DNA from: a virus
Lineage: Duplodnaviria > Heunggongvirae > Uroviricota > Caudoviricetes
Strand: one strand, 5' to 3'
DNA length: 48,006 bases
IMG/VR virus record: IMGVR_UViG_2541047905_000004
Location: 1-48,006 of that record
Numbering within the stretch: the stretch's first letter is position 1; the number at the start of each line of letters is the position of its first letter. The notes below the pieces were generated by a model. That model was not told the DNA's origin. It ran no database searches and was given only the letters and a program-made list of their open reading frames with translations. Positions 47,843-48,006 of this stretch are shown piece after piece. The position numbers were made by a program, and so were the translations under genes.

Positions 47843-48006
47843 ATGCACATTGGACAGGCTCTTGATCTGGTATCCCGTTACGATTCTCTGCGTAACCCAC
47901 TGACTTCTCTGGGGGATTACCTCGACCCCGAACTCATCTCTCGTTGCCTTGCCGAATCAGGTACTGTAACGCTACGCAAGCGCCGTCTTCCCCTCGAAAT
48001 GATGGT
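47843..48006 (+). CDS. insG: IS4-family transposase, first ~54 codons (mirror copy, truncated by window end)
   Basis: ATG at 47843; MHIGQALDLVSRYDSLRNPLTSLGDYLDPELISRCLAESGTVTLRKRRLPLEMM... Confidence 0.75.
   Translation, partial: MHIGQALDLVSRYDSLRNPLTSLGDYLDPELISRCLAESGTVTLRKRRLPLEMM

Larger units (their letters stand above)
25106..48006. repeat. Right arm of window-scale perfect inverted repeat (22,901 bp)
   Basis: Reverse complement of 315..23215; identical ORF translations throughout. Confidence 0.9.
47759..48006 (+). mobile_element. IS4 element, partial (mirror copy, runs off the window end)
   Basis: Mirror of the IS4 segment at 315..562; boundary approximate. Confidence 0.55.

Noticed and set aside
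1-48006. CRISPR arrays, tRNA or rRNA genes
   Set aside because: No regularly spaced short direct repeats and no tRNA-like cloverleaf or rRNA-like sequence were seen; ORF-free gaps are short and explained by promoters, terminators or the cos-like region.
1-48006. Integrase or serine invertase ORF anywhere in the window
   Set aside because: No ORF carries a tyrosine-recombinase R..HxxR..Y pattern or a serine-recombinase N-terminal catalytic motif followed by a C-terminal HTH; every long ORF is otherwise assigned.

Overview
The window is a P2/186-like temperate phage (prophage) region from an enterobacterial, E. coli-like host, flanked by a truncated IS4 element, and the whole window is one giant inverted repeat. 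Positions 315..23215 are the exact reverse complement of 25106..48006 (x pairs with 48321-x; axis between 24160 and 24161); every ORF in the six-frame track, including spurious antisense ones, has an identical mirror partner. Each arm carries, in order: the IS4 end, a small secreted ORF, a 186-type CI repressor and switch region, Apl/Cox-position regulator, CII, small early ORFs, a TraR/DksA zinc-finger protein, Dam methylase, replication protein A, a LexA-box-controlled DinI-like (Tum-type) module, an AT-rich moron island with a candidate cos site, then portal Q, terminase P, O, N, M, L, X, holin, SAR endolysin, overlapping spanins, R, S, an AT-rich OLD/PARIS-like ATPase-Toprim gene between S and V, and baseplate V, W, J, I plus the constant part of tail fibre H. 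The only asymmetric DNA is a 1.9 kb centre (23216..25105) holding two alternative tail-fibre C-terminal modules and two convergent tail-fibre assembly genes. It is bounded by two inverted 26-bp imperfectly palindromic sites that resemble Hin/Gin/Cin/Pin crossover sites, i.e. a G-segment-like invertible host-range switch. No invertase, integrase, tail sheath/tube, tape measure, D or ogr gene is present. My reading is that the palindrome most likely reflects an assembly fold-back at this invertible segment, or less likely a real head-to-head duplication. The most interesting candidates for undescribed biology are the orphan invertible tail-fibre cassette, the OLD/PARIS-like fusion and the cos-proximal moron genes. 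All calls rest on reading the sequence and on remembered family signatures; no database search was run.
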